This document shows positions 39,759-52,299 of a stretch of 64,000 nucleotides of DNA, piece after piece (the first letter of the stretch is position 1; the number at the start of each line of letters is the position of its first letter). The position numbers were made by a program, and so were the translations under genes. The stretch lies in the NCBI GenBank assembly GCA_964057225.1, contig OZ059894.1:1-64000 (forward strand), in the 5' to 3' direction. The notes under the pieces were generated by a model. That model worked only from the letters and a program-made list of their open reading frames with translations, was not told the DNA's origin and did no database searches. This DNA is from Auanema rhodensis (taxonomy: Eukaryota > Animalia > Nematoda).

Positions 39759-42578
39759 CACTGTCACGTCTTCAACCCCCCCTGTCTCACATCCTACCAG
39801 CCTCTCAGTTCAGTGTTTTAATGCACGTTCTATTCTTAACAAACTTCATATACTATCCCACGTTATTTCTTTATCCACTCCTGATATAATTGCAATATCA
39901 GAATCATGGCTTTTTCCTGAGTTCGATACCCACCTACTCCCATGTAAAGATACTTACACTATTTTTAGAGCCGATAGGTGTCTCTCACGTGGTGGTGGTG
40001 TTGTCCTCTATATTAAAAGTCATATCAAACCTTTTCTTCTTTCCTGTTCTTCTCCTCAATCTTCTATACAATTCATTAACTTACTCATACCTTCACTTAA
40101 TGCTGTTTTCTCACTCTGTTATCGTCCTCCAACAGCTTCTCATTCAGATTTCATTTCGTTTCTTTCTGATCTACGTAAACAAATTTCCAAACGATCGTTC
40201 TTCCTAACGGGCGATCTAAATTTTCCTAAAATCAACTGGGACCTCGGTATTTGCTCTCAACCATGCTCCTCTAGTAGATCTATTCTTCAATTTCTCAACG
40301 ATAGCTGTTCTCATCAGTTGGTAAAGTTCCCTACCAGAGGCAAGAGCATTCTTGATTATGTTATCACTGATAACATATCCAGTGTAGGCAACATATCCCG
40401 TTCTTCCCCCCTCGGCTCCTCGGATCACCATTCTGTGGTTTTCCAAATTGTTTCAGACTCTTTTCAGTTAGCTAATACAATCAGCTCTTCTAATACTTTG
40501 TCTCCGGTAGCATTACCTATGTTTTCTGATCGCAATTTTCAAGCTGCTGACTACAATCTCATCAATCATAGAATAGCCAAAATTGATTTCGCTAATCATC
40601 TCTCCGGTCTCACTCCTTTAGATTCTTACTCTGAACTTGTTCACATTCTTCACTCGGTCATTGATAGCTGCGTTCCCAAAAAACAAGAAAGAAGAAAAAA
40701 GAAGATTGACCGAGATATTTTAAAACTCTCATCTCATATAAAAAAACTCAGTTGTTCTTATCATCATCATGATGAATCCCGTCGTAAAAAACTTTCACAT
40801 TCTCTTGATAAACTTATCAAGAATAGATTGGCTTCGGAAGAGGAACGTATTGCCAACTATAATAATTCAAAACTTCTTTACCGCTTTTGCAGAACCCGTT
40901 TGGGTGGCAGCACTTCAGATATCCCAAATCTCAAAATAGATAATGATTCTGTTTCGTCTGATTCTGACAAAGCTTCTATCTTTGCTACTACCTTCTCTGT
41001 TCGCCCCCTTCCTATCTTTCTACCACATGCTCCTCATTCCTCTTCTTCTACTATTATCGACTTTATTGATGTCTCCCCTCTCAACGTTCACAAAATTCTC
41101 TGTCAGTTACCTCTTCGGGTATCAACATCCCCAGACGGAATCCCTTATTTCTTCCTAAAAAATTGTGCTTCTACTCTCTCTCAGCCTCTGGCCTTTGTTT
41201 TCCACAATCTACTTGTTTCCTCCTCTTGTCCTCCTGACTGGAAAACAGCTTGTATTCGTCCCGTTCATAAATCAGGACTTTCTTCTAACCCGGCTAATTA
41301 TCGTCCTATTTCTCTCACATCCAGTCTGTCTAAAGTTTTTGAACGTCTTTTGCGTTCACCTCTTCTTGACTTTGGTATTTCCTCCGGCTTTATTTCTCCT
41401 AATCAGTTTGCTTTTCTTCCAAAACGCAATACTGTATCGGCAATTCTTAGTAGTCATGTTCTCTGGAGATCTGCTGTAGACAAGAAAAAACCTGTTTATG
41501 TTGCCTTTATTGACTTTTCTAAGGCTTTTGATCTCATAAACCATTCCGTTCTGTTAGCTAAATTAAAATCAATTGGCATTGACGGCTGTATTCTCACTTT
41601 TCTCAAAAACTTCATTACTAATAGATCTTTCTCTGTATTAGTTAATTACTCTCTATCCGTCACAAATTCTTTGCCCTGTGGAGTTCCTCAGGGGACAGTA
41701 CTGGGTCCTCTTCTTTTTTTATTTTATATAAATGATATTACATCAAATTTACCTGATGATGTACATCCAACTCTTTATGCAGACGATCTTAAACTAAGCA
41801 GCACAAATCCGGTAAGTTTACAACTAGCTTTGAATATTCTAAAAACTGGTGTCTATCTAACGGTATGAAAGTTAATACTTCCAAATCCAAAGTTATGATT
41901 ATATCGAGTACCACTACACCAAGAACAAACACAATTTTCAAATTTGGAGACATTTCTTTAGCTACAGTATCATCATATAAAGATCTAGGTGTGTGTACAG
42001 ACTATAATCTCTCTTTTAACAGTCATATAGACAGAATTTCTAACATTGCTGCTCACAAATGTCGTGTTATTTTGCGTTGTTTTTACTCAAGATCACCAAC
42101 TTTGATGTTCAAACTTTTTTGCTGCTATATCCGACCGATTTTAGAATATGCTTCAGTTGTATGGTCTCCTCAGAATAACAAAGATAAAGCGCGCATTGAG
42201 TCTGTCCAAAAAAAGTTTTTAAACGCTATTTTTAAGAGAGCCGAAATAGCTTTGGATTACAAGAACCAGCTATTGTTTCTTGGAGCCGAGGAGCTAACGT
42301 TTAGAAGACTACTAATTGATCTCGTTTTTTATCATAATCAGATTACTAAAAATGTTCCAGAAAACAACCTTAACTTTTTTACTACCAAGCACTATGCTCA
42401 TTCACTACGTAGACATCTATGGAATGTTGAATACCCTGATCTTTGGAAGAGCGAAACAAGAACTGGAATAGAATACAGAGCTATTCAAATCTGGAACACA
42501 CTCCCTGAAAACATCGTTCAACTAAGAAACACTTCCAGCTTCAGAAAACATCTTTCTATTAATCTTAACAATATTTAA
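39751..42578 (+). pseudogene. ORF2 (APE endonuclease + RT) of element B, broken by one 1-nt deletion at 41841-41845 (real lesion or homopolymer error)
   Basis: The frame is open 39712-41868 (CFNARSILNKL, IAISESW, RGGG, GDLN, SDH, YRPISL, YADD) and continues in the 41865-42578 frame. Adding one A restores LNILKNWCLSNGMKVN, colinear with element A LNTINAWCKNNGMMVN. Confidence 0.9.
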
Positions 42579-42709
42579 CCTTTCTCTGTTATTGTAACTT
42601 GAAATCTTGTTTATGTATATTCCTCTATTTACAAGCATTTAAGCCTCAAGCTATGTTAAAGTTAGACAGTTCCCTAGTTTACCTCTGAGACCTGTTACTA
42701 CGCATTTTA

Positions 42710-42838
42710 TCCTATAGACATTAGTCATACGGATAGAACGATAGTTACCTCTTGCTGTCAGAACGGGCTTGACTCACATCAAGAGTTCCACCGTACCTGT
42801 CAGAATACTATAGAGGTCAGTGATCTACACTGAACAAA
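42710..42838 (+). ncRNA. Conserved structured cis-RNA element in the 3' UTR of element B
   Basis: Homologous to 32782-32911. The first 24 nt are identical (TCCTATAGACATTAGTCATACGGA) and the stems covary. Confidence 0.75.
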
Positions 42839-43040
42839 TCAACTCTTCTTTATCAAACTAGAACTGATTCGAAACCTTAACAAACAAGTAGTGCTGCTCA
42901 CTATCATTGTAAAAGAAAATATGCTGAACCTGTCTCTTGTACATATATTTTTTTAGTCAATTATTACAAGTATGTTTGTATTGTAAGGTTCTTTTGAATA
43001 TCTGCAATTTTCCCGATTTATTAACTTTGTTTTCCGATTA

Positions 43041-43074
43041 TAACCTGTGATTCGAACAATAAACCCGTTCAAAC
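43041..43074 (+). terminator. Conserved 3'-terminal motif with AATAAA, element B
   Basis: TAACCTGTGATTCGAACAATAAAC, with AATAAA at 43058-43063. Confidence 0.72.
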
Positions 43075-44249
43075 GTGTACATTTAATTAGCATGAATTAA
43101 AGTTCACGTAAATTTCAAAGTCATGGTTACCATGCACCAATATCAATAAAAATTTGTTTTTAGACTAATATGGACATGGGGAATCTAATTTTGAAAACCG
43201 CATCTCTTTATCTTTCACGTGAAGCGAGTTACATACCAAGTGCACATCACGTGTACATTTAATTAGCATAAATTAAAGTTCACGTAAATTTCAAAGTCAT
43301 GGTTACCATGCACCAATATCAATAAAAATTTGTTTTTAGACTAATATGGACATGGGGAATCTAATTTTGAAAACCGCATCTCTTTATCTTTCACGTGAAG
43401 CGAGTTACATACCAAGTGCACATCACGTGTACATTTAATTAGCATAAATCAAAGTTCACGTAAATTTCAAAGTCATGGTTACCATGCACCAATATCAATA
43501 AAAAGTTGTTTTTAGACTAATATGGACATGGGGAATCTAATTTTGAAAACCGCATCTCTTTATCTTTCACGTGAAGCGAGTTACATACCAAGTGCACATC
43601 ACGTGTACATTTAATTAGCATAAATTAAAGTTCACGTAAATTTCAAAGTCATGGTTACCATGTACCAATATCAATACAAATTTGTTTTTAGACTAATATG
43701 GACATGGGGAATCTAATTTTGAAAACCGCATCTCTTTATCTTTCACGTGAAGCGAGTTACATACCAAGTGCACATCACGTGTACATTTAATTAGCATAAA
43801 TTAAAGTTCACGTAAATTTCAAAGTCATGGTTACCATGCACCAATATCAATAAAAATTTGTTTTTAGACTAATATGGACATGGGGAATCTAATTTTGAAA
43901 ACCGCATCTCTTTATCTTTCACGTGAAGCGAGTTACATACCAAGTGCACATCACGTGTACATTTAATTAGCATAAATTAAAGTTCACGTAAATTTCAAAG
44001 TCATGGTTACCATGCACCAATATCAATAAAAATTTGTTTTTAGACTAATATGGACATGGGGAATCTAATTTTGAAAACCGCATCTCTTTATCTTTCACGT
44101 GAAGCGAGTTACATACCAAGTGCACATCACGTGTACATTTAATTAGCATAAATTAAAGTTCACGTAAATTTCAAAGTCATGGTTACCATGAAGCAATATC
44201 AATAAAAATTCGTTTTTAGACTAATATGGACATGGGGAATCTAATTTTG

Positions 44250-47200
44250 AAAACCGCATCTCTTTATCTTTCACGTGAAGCGAGTTACATACCAAGTGCA
44301 CATCACGTGTACATTTAATTAGCATAAATTAAAGTTCACGTAAATTTCAAAGTCATGGTTACCATGAAGCAATATCAATAAAAATTTGTTTTTAGACTAA
44401 TATGGACATGGGGAATCTAATTTTGTTTTTTTTTGTTTTAATTTTGCAAACCGCATCTCTTTATCTTTCACGTGAAGCGAGTTACATACCAAGTGCACAT
44501 CACGTGTACATTTAATTAGCATAAATTAAAGTTCACGTAAATTTCAAAGTCATGGTTACCATGAACCAATATCAATCAAAATTTGTTTTTAGACTAATAT
44601 GGACATGGGGAATCTAATTTTGAAAACCGCATCTCTTTATCTTTCACGTGAAGCGAGTTACATACCAAGTGCACATCACGTGTACATTTAATTAGCATAA
44701 ATTAAAGTTCACGTAAATTTCAAAGTCATGGTTACCATGAAGCAATATCAATAAAAATTTGTTTTTAGACTAATATGGACATGGGGAATCTAATTTTGAA
44801 AACTGCATCTCTTTATCTTTCACGTGAAGCGAGTTACATACCAAGTGCACATCACGTGTACATTTAATTAGCATAAATTAAAGTTCACGTAAATTTCAAA
44901 GTCATGGTTACCATGAACCAATATCAATAAAAATTTGTTTTTAGACTAATATGGACATGGGGAATCTAATTTTGAAAACCGCATCTCTTTATCTTTCACG
45001 TGAAGCGAGTTACATACCAAGTGCACATCACGTGTACATTTAATTAGCATGAATTAAAGTTCACGTAAATTTCAAAGTCATGGTTACCATGCACCAATAT
45101 CAATAAAAATTTGTTTTTAGACTAATATGGACATGGGGAATCTAATTTTGAAAACCGCATCTCTTTATCTTTCACGTGAAGCGAGTTACATACCAAGTGC
45201 ACATCACGTGTACATTTAATTAGCATAAATTAAAGTTCACGTAAATTTCAAAGTCATGGTTACCATGCACCAATATCAATAAAAATTTGTTTTTAGACTA
45301 ATATGGACATGGGGAATCTAATTTTGAAAACCGCATCTCTTTATCTTTCACGTGAAGCGAGTTACATACCAAGTGCACATCACGTGTACATTTAATTAGC
45401 ATAAATTAAAGTTCACGTAAATTTCAAAGTCATGGTTACCATGAAGCAATATCAATAAAAATTCGTTTTTAGACTAATATGGACATGGGGAATCTAATTT
45501 TGAAAACCGCATCTCTTTATCTTTCACGTGAAGCGAGTTACATACCAAGTGCACATCACGTGTACATTTAATTAGCATAAATTAAAGTTCACGTAAATTT
45601 CAAAGTCATGGTTACCATGAACCAATATCAATCAAAATTTGTTTTTAGACTAATATGGACATGGGGAATCTAATTTTGAAAACCGCATCTCTTTATCTTT
45701 CACGTGAAGCGAGTTACATACCAAGTGCACATCACGTGTACATTTAATTAGCATAAATTAAAGTTCACGTAAATTTCAAAGTCATGGTTACCATGAAGCA
45801 ATATCAATAAAAATTTGTTTTTAGACTAATATGGACATGGGGAATCTAATTTTGAAAACCGCATCTCTTTATCTTTCACGTGAAGCGAGTTACATACCAA
45901 GTGCACATCACGTGTACATTTAATTAGCATGAATTAAAGTTCACGTAAATTTCAAAGTCATGGTTACCATGCACCAATATCAATAAAAATTTGTTTTTAG
46001 ACTAATATGGACATGGGGAATCTAATTTTGAAAACCGCATCTCTTTATCTTTCACGTGAAGCGAGTTACATACCAAGTGCACATCACGTGTACATTTAAT
46101 TAGCATAAATTAAAGTTCACGTAAATTTCAAAGTCATGGTTACCATGCACCAATATCAATAAAAATTTGTTTTTAGACTAATATGGACATGGGGAATCTA
46201 ATTTTGAAAACCGCATCTCTTTATCTTCCACGTGAAGCGAGTTACATACCAAGTGCACATCACGTGTACATTTAATTAGCATAAATTAAAGTTCACGTAA
46301 ATATCAAAGTCATGGTTACCATGCACCAATATCAATAAAAAGTTGTTTTTAGACTAATATGGACATGGGGAATCTAATTTTGAAAACCGCAGCTCTTTAT
46401 CTTTCACGTGAAGCGAGTTACATACCAAGTGCACATCACGTGTACATTTAATTAGCATAAATTAAAGTTCACGTAAATTTCAAAGTCATGGTTACCATGA
46501 AGCAATATCAATAAAAATTTGTTTTTAGACTAATATGGACATGGGGAATCTAATTTTGAAAACCGCATCTCTTTATCTTTCGCGTGAAGCGAGTTACATA
46601 CCAAGTGCACATCACGTGTACATTTAATTAGCATAAATTAAAGTTCACGTAAATTTCAAAGTCATGGTTACCATAAACCAATATCAATAAAAATTTGTTT
46701 TTAGACTAATATGGACATGGGGAATCTAATTTTGAAAACCGCATCTCTTTATCTTTCACGTGAAGCGAGTTACATACCAAGTGCACATCACGTGTACATT
46801 TAATTAGCATAAATTAAAGTTCACGTAAATTTCAAAGTCATGGTTACCATGAAGCAATATCAATAAAAATTTGTTTTTAGACTAATATGGACATGGGGAA
46901 TCTAATTTTGAAAACCGCATCTCTTTATCTTTCACGTGAAGCGAGTTACATACCAAGTGCACATCACGTGTACATTTAATTAGCATAAATTAAAGTTCAC
47001 GTAAATTTCAAAGTCATGGTTACCATGAACCAATATCAATAAAAATTTGTTTTTAGACTAATATGGACATGGGGAATCTAATTTTGAAAACCGCATCTCT
47101 TTATCTTTCACGTGAAGCGAGTTACATACCAAGTGCACATCACGTGTACATTTAATTAGCATAAATTAAAGTTCACGTAAATTTCAAAGTCATGGTTACC

Positions 47201-50200
47201 ATGCACCAATATCAATAAAAATTTGTTTTTAGACTAATATGGACATGGGGAATCTAATTTTGAAAACCGCATCTCTTTATCTTTCACGTGAAGCGAGTTA
47301 CATACCAAGTGCACATCACGTGTACATTTAATTAGCATAAATTAAAGTTCACGTAAATTTCAAAGTCATGGTTACCATGAACCAATATCAATAAAAATTT
47401 GTTTTTAGACTAATATGGACATGGGGAATCTAATTTTGAAAACCGCATCTCTTTATCTTTCACGTGAAGCGAGTTACATACCAAGTGCACATCACGTGTA
47501 CATTTAATTAGCATAAATTAAAGTTCACGTAAATTTCAAAGTCATGGTTACCATGAACCAATATCAATAAAAATTTGTTTTTAGACTAATATGGACATGG
47601 GGAATCTAATTTTGAAAACCGCATCTCTTTATCTTTCACGTGAAGCGAGTTACATACCAAGTGCACATCACGTGTACATTTAATTAGCATAAATTAAAGT
47701 TCACGTAAATTTCAAAGTCATGGTTACCATGCACCAATATCAATAAAAATTTGTTTTTAGACTAATATGGACATGGAGAATCTAATTTTGAAAACCGCAT
47801 CTCTTCATCTTTCACGTGAAGCGAGTTACATACCAAGTGCACATCACGTGTACATTTAATTAGCATAAATTAAAGTTCACGTAAATTTCAAAGTCATGGT
47901 TACCATGCACCAATATCAATAAAAATTTGTTTTTAGACTAATATGGACATGGGGAATCTAATTTTGAAAACCGCATCTCTTTATCTTTCACGTGAAGCGA
48001 GTTACATACCAAGTGCACATCACGTGTACATTTAATTAGCATAAATTAAAGTTCACGTAAATTTCAAAGTCATGGTTACCATGCACCAATATCAATAAAA
48101 ATTTGTTTTTAGACTAATATGGACATGGGGAATCTAATTTTGAAAACCGCATCTCTTTATCTTTCACGTGAAGCGAGTTACATACCAAGTGCACATCACG
48201 TGTACATTTAATTAGCATAAATTAAAGTTCACGTAAATTTCAAAGTCATGGTTACCATGAAGCAATATCAATAAAAATTTGTTTTTAGACTAATATGGAC
48301 ATGGGGAATCTAATTTTGTTTTTTTTTTGTTTTAATTTTGCAAACCGCATCTCTTTATCTTTCACGTGAAGCGAGTTACATACCAAGTGCACATCACGTG
48401 TACATTTAATTAGCATAAATTAAAGTTCACGTAAATTTCAAAGTCATGGTTACCATGAACCAATATCAATCAAAATTTGTTTTTAGACTAATATGGACAT
48501 GGGGAATCTAATTTTGAAAACCGCATCTCTTTATCTTTCACGTGAAGCGAGTTACATACCAAGTGCACATCACGTGTACATTTAATTAGCATAAATTAAA
48601 GTTCACGTAAATTTCAAAGTCATGGTTACCATGAAGCAATATCAATAAAAATTTGTTTTTAGACTAATATGGACATGGGGAATCTAATTTTGAAAACTGC
48701 ATCTCTTTATCTTTCACGTGAAGCGAGTTACATACCAAGTGCACATCACGTGTACATTTAATTAGCATAAATTAAAGTTCACGTAAATTTCAAAGTCATG
48801 GTTACCATGAACCAATATCAATAAAAATTTGTTTTTAGACTAATATGGACATGGGGAATCTAATTTTGAAAACCGCATCTCTTTATCTTTCACGTGAAGC
48901 GAGTTACATACCAAGTGCACATCACGTGTACATTTAATTAGCATGAATTAAAGTTCACGTAAATTTCAAAGTCATGGTTACCATGCACCAATATCAATAA
49001 AAATTTGTTTTTAGACTAATATGGACATGGGGAATCTAATTTTGAAAACCGCATCTCTTTATCTTTCACGTGAAGCGAGTTACATACCAAGTGCACATCA
49101 CGTGTACATTTAATTAGCATAAATTAAAGTTCACGTAAATTTCAAAGTCATGGTTACCATGCACCAATATCAATAAAAATTTGTTTTTAGACTAATATGG
49201 ACATGGGGAATCTAATTTTGAAAACCGCATCTCTTTATCTTTCACGTGAAGCGAGTTACATACCAAGTGCACATCACGTGTACATTTAATTAGCATAAAT
49301 TAAAGTTCACGTAAATTTCAAAGTCATGGTTACCATGAAGCAATATCAATAAAAATTCGTTTTTAGACTAATATGGACATGGGGAATCTAATTTTGAAAA
49401 CCGCATCTCTTTATCTTTCACGTGAAGCGAGTTACATACCAAGTGCACATCACGTGTACATTTAATTAGCATAAATTAAAGTTCACGTAAATTTCAAAGT
49501 CATGGTTACCATGAACCAATATCAATCAAAATTTGTTTTTAGACTAATATGGACATGGGGAATCTAATTTTGAAAACCGCATCTCTTTATCTTTCACGTG
49601 AAGCGAGTTACATACCAAGTGCACATCACGTGTACATTTAATTAGCATAAATTAAAGTTCACGTAAATTTCAAAGTCATGGTTACCATGAAGCAATATCA
49701 ATAAAAATTTGTTTTTAGACTAATATGGACATGGGGAATCTAATTTTGAAAACCGCATCTCTTTATCTTTCACGTGAAGCGAGTTACATACCAAGTGCAC
49801 ATCACGTGTACATTTAATTAGCATGAATTAAAGTTCACGTAAATTTCAAAGTCATGGTTACCATGCACCAATATCAATAAAAATTTGTTTTTAGACTAAT
49901 ATGGACATGGGGAATCTAATTTTGAAAACCGCATCTCTTTATCTTTCACGTGAAGCGAGTTACATACCAAGTGCACATCACGTGTACATTTAATTAGCAT
50001 AAATTAAAGTTCACGTAAATTTCAAAGTCATGGTTACCATGCACCAATATCAATAAAAATTTGTTTTTAGACTAATATGGACATGGGGAATCTAATTTTG
50101 AAAACCGCATCTCTTTATCTTTCACGTGAAGCGAGTTACATACCAAGTGCACATCACGTGTACATTTAATTAGCATAAATTAAAGTTCACGTAAATATCA

Positions 50201-52040
50201 AAGTCATGGTTACCATGCACCAATATCAATAAAAAGTTGTTTTTAGACTAATATGGACATGGGGAATCTAATTTTGAAAACCGCAGCTCTTTATCTTTCA
50301 CGTGAAGCGAGTTACATACCAAGTGCACATCACGTGTACATTTAATTAGCATAAATTAAAGTTCACGTAAATTTCAAAGTCATGGTTACCATGCACCAAT
50401 ATCAATAAAAATTTGTTTTTAGACTAATATGGACATGGGGAATCTAATTTTGAAAACCGCATCTCTTTATCTTTCGCGTGAAGCGAGTTACATACCAAGT
50501 GCACATCACGTGTACATTTAATTAGCATAAATTAAAGTTCACGTAAATTTCAAAGTCATGGTTACCATAAACCAATATCAATAAAAATTTGTTTTTAGAC
50601 TAATATGGACATGGGGAATCTAATTTTGAAAACCGCATCTCTTTATCTTTCACGTGAAGCGAGTTACATACCAAGTGCACATCACGTGTACATTTAATTA
50701 GCATAAATTAAAGTTCACGTAAATTTCAAAGTCATGGTTACCATGAAGCAATATCAATAAAAATTTGTTTTTAGACTAATATGGACATGGGGAATCTAAT
50801 TTTGAAAACCGCATCTCTTTATCTTTCACGTGAAGCGAGTTACATACCAAGTGCACATCACGTGTACATTTAATTAGCATAAATTAAAGTTCACGTAAAT
50901 TTCAAAGTCATGGTTACCATGAACCAATATCAATAAAAATTTGTTTTTAGACTAATATGGACATGGGGAATCTAATTTTGAAAACCGCATCTCTTTATCT
51001 TTCACGTGAAGCGAGTTACATACCAAGTGCACATCACGTGTACATTTAATTAGCATAAATTAAAGTTCACGTAAATTTCAAAGTCATGGTTACCATGCAC
51101 CAATATCAATAAAAATTTGTTTTTAGACTAATATGGACATGGGGAATCTAATTTTGAAAACCGCATCTCTTTATCTTTCACGTGAAGCGAGTTACATACC
51201 AAGTGCACATCACGTGTACATTTAATTAGCATAAATTAAAGTTCACGTAAATTTCAAAGTCATGGTTACCATGAACCAATATCAATAAAAATTTGTTTTT
51301 AGACTAATATGGACATGGGGAATCTAATTTTGAAAACCGCATCTCTTTATCTTTCACGTGAAGCGAGTTACATACCAAGTGCACATCACGTGTACATTTA
51401 ATTAGCATAAATTAAAGTTCACGTAAATTTCAAAGTCATGGTTACCATGAACCAATATCAATAAAAATTTGTTTTTAGACTAATATGGACATGGGGAATC
51501 TAATTTTGAAAACCGCATCTCTTTATCTTTCACGTGAAGCGAGTTACATACCAAGTGCACATCACGTGTACATTTAATTAGCATAAATTAAAGTTCACGT
51601 AAATTTCAAAGTCATGGTTACCATGCACCAATATCAATAAAAATTTGTTTTTAGACTAATATGGACATGGAGAATCTAATTTTGAAAACCGCATCTCTTC
51701 ATCTTTCACGTGAAGCGAGTTACATACCAAGTGCACATCACGTGTACATTTAATTAGCATAAATTAAAGTTCACGTAAATTTCAAAGTCATGGTTACCAT
51801 GCACCAATATCAATAAAAATTTGTTTTTAGACTAATATGGACATGGGGAATCTAATTTTGAAAACCGCATCTCTTTATCTTTCACGTGAAGCGAGTTACA
51901 TACCAAGTGCACATCACGTGTACATTTAATTAGCATAAATTAAAGTTCACGTAAATTTCAAAGTCATGGTTACCATGCACCAATATCAATAAAAATTTGT
52001 TTTTAGACTAATATGGACATGGGGAATCTAATTTTGAAAA
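44250..52040 (+). repeat. 22-monomer higher-order tandem duplication; boundaries approximate
   Basis: Markers lie 3893-3894 bp apart (22x176 + insert): poly(T) insert 44418/48311, AACTGC 44804/48698, AATATCAAAG 46303/50197, TTCGCGTG 46582/50476. Confidence 0.9.
44418..44446 (-). other. 21-bp T-rich insertion flanked by an 8-bp direct repeat (TAATTTTG); second copy at 48311-48340
   Basis: TAATTTTG-T9GTTT-TAATTTTG followed by an A>C change. Confidence 0.85.
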
Positions 52041-52299
52041 CCGCATCTCTTTATCTTTCACGTGAAGCGAGTTACATACCAAGTGCACATCACGTGTACA
52101 TTTAATTAGCATAAATTAAAGTTCACGTAAATTTCAAAGTCATGGTTACCATGAACCAATATCAATAAAAATTTGTTTTTAGACTAATATGGACATGGGG
52201 AATCTAATTTTGAAAACCGCATCTCTTTATCTTTCACGTGAAGCGAGTTACATACCAAGTGCACATCACGTGTACATTTAATTAGCATAAATTAAAGTT

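Larger units (their letters stand above)
38919..43072 (+). mobile_element. Non-LTR retrotransposon (LINE, CR1/Jockey group), element B, 5'-truncated; a diverged relative of element A
   Basis: Same organisation as A, with colinear but diverged proteins. The 3' end reads AATAAACCCGTTCAA(AC). Confidence 0.96.

Noticed and set aside
41836-41850. Programmed -1 frameshift within element B RT
   Set aside because: There is no properly phased X_XXY_YYZ heptamer, and element A is continuous here. A simple 1-nt deletion explains it.
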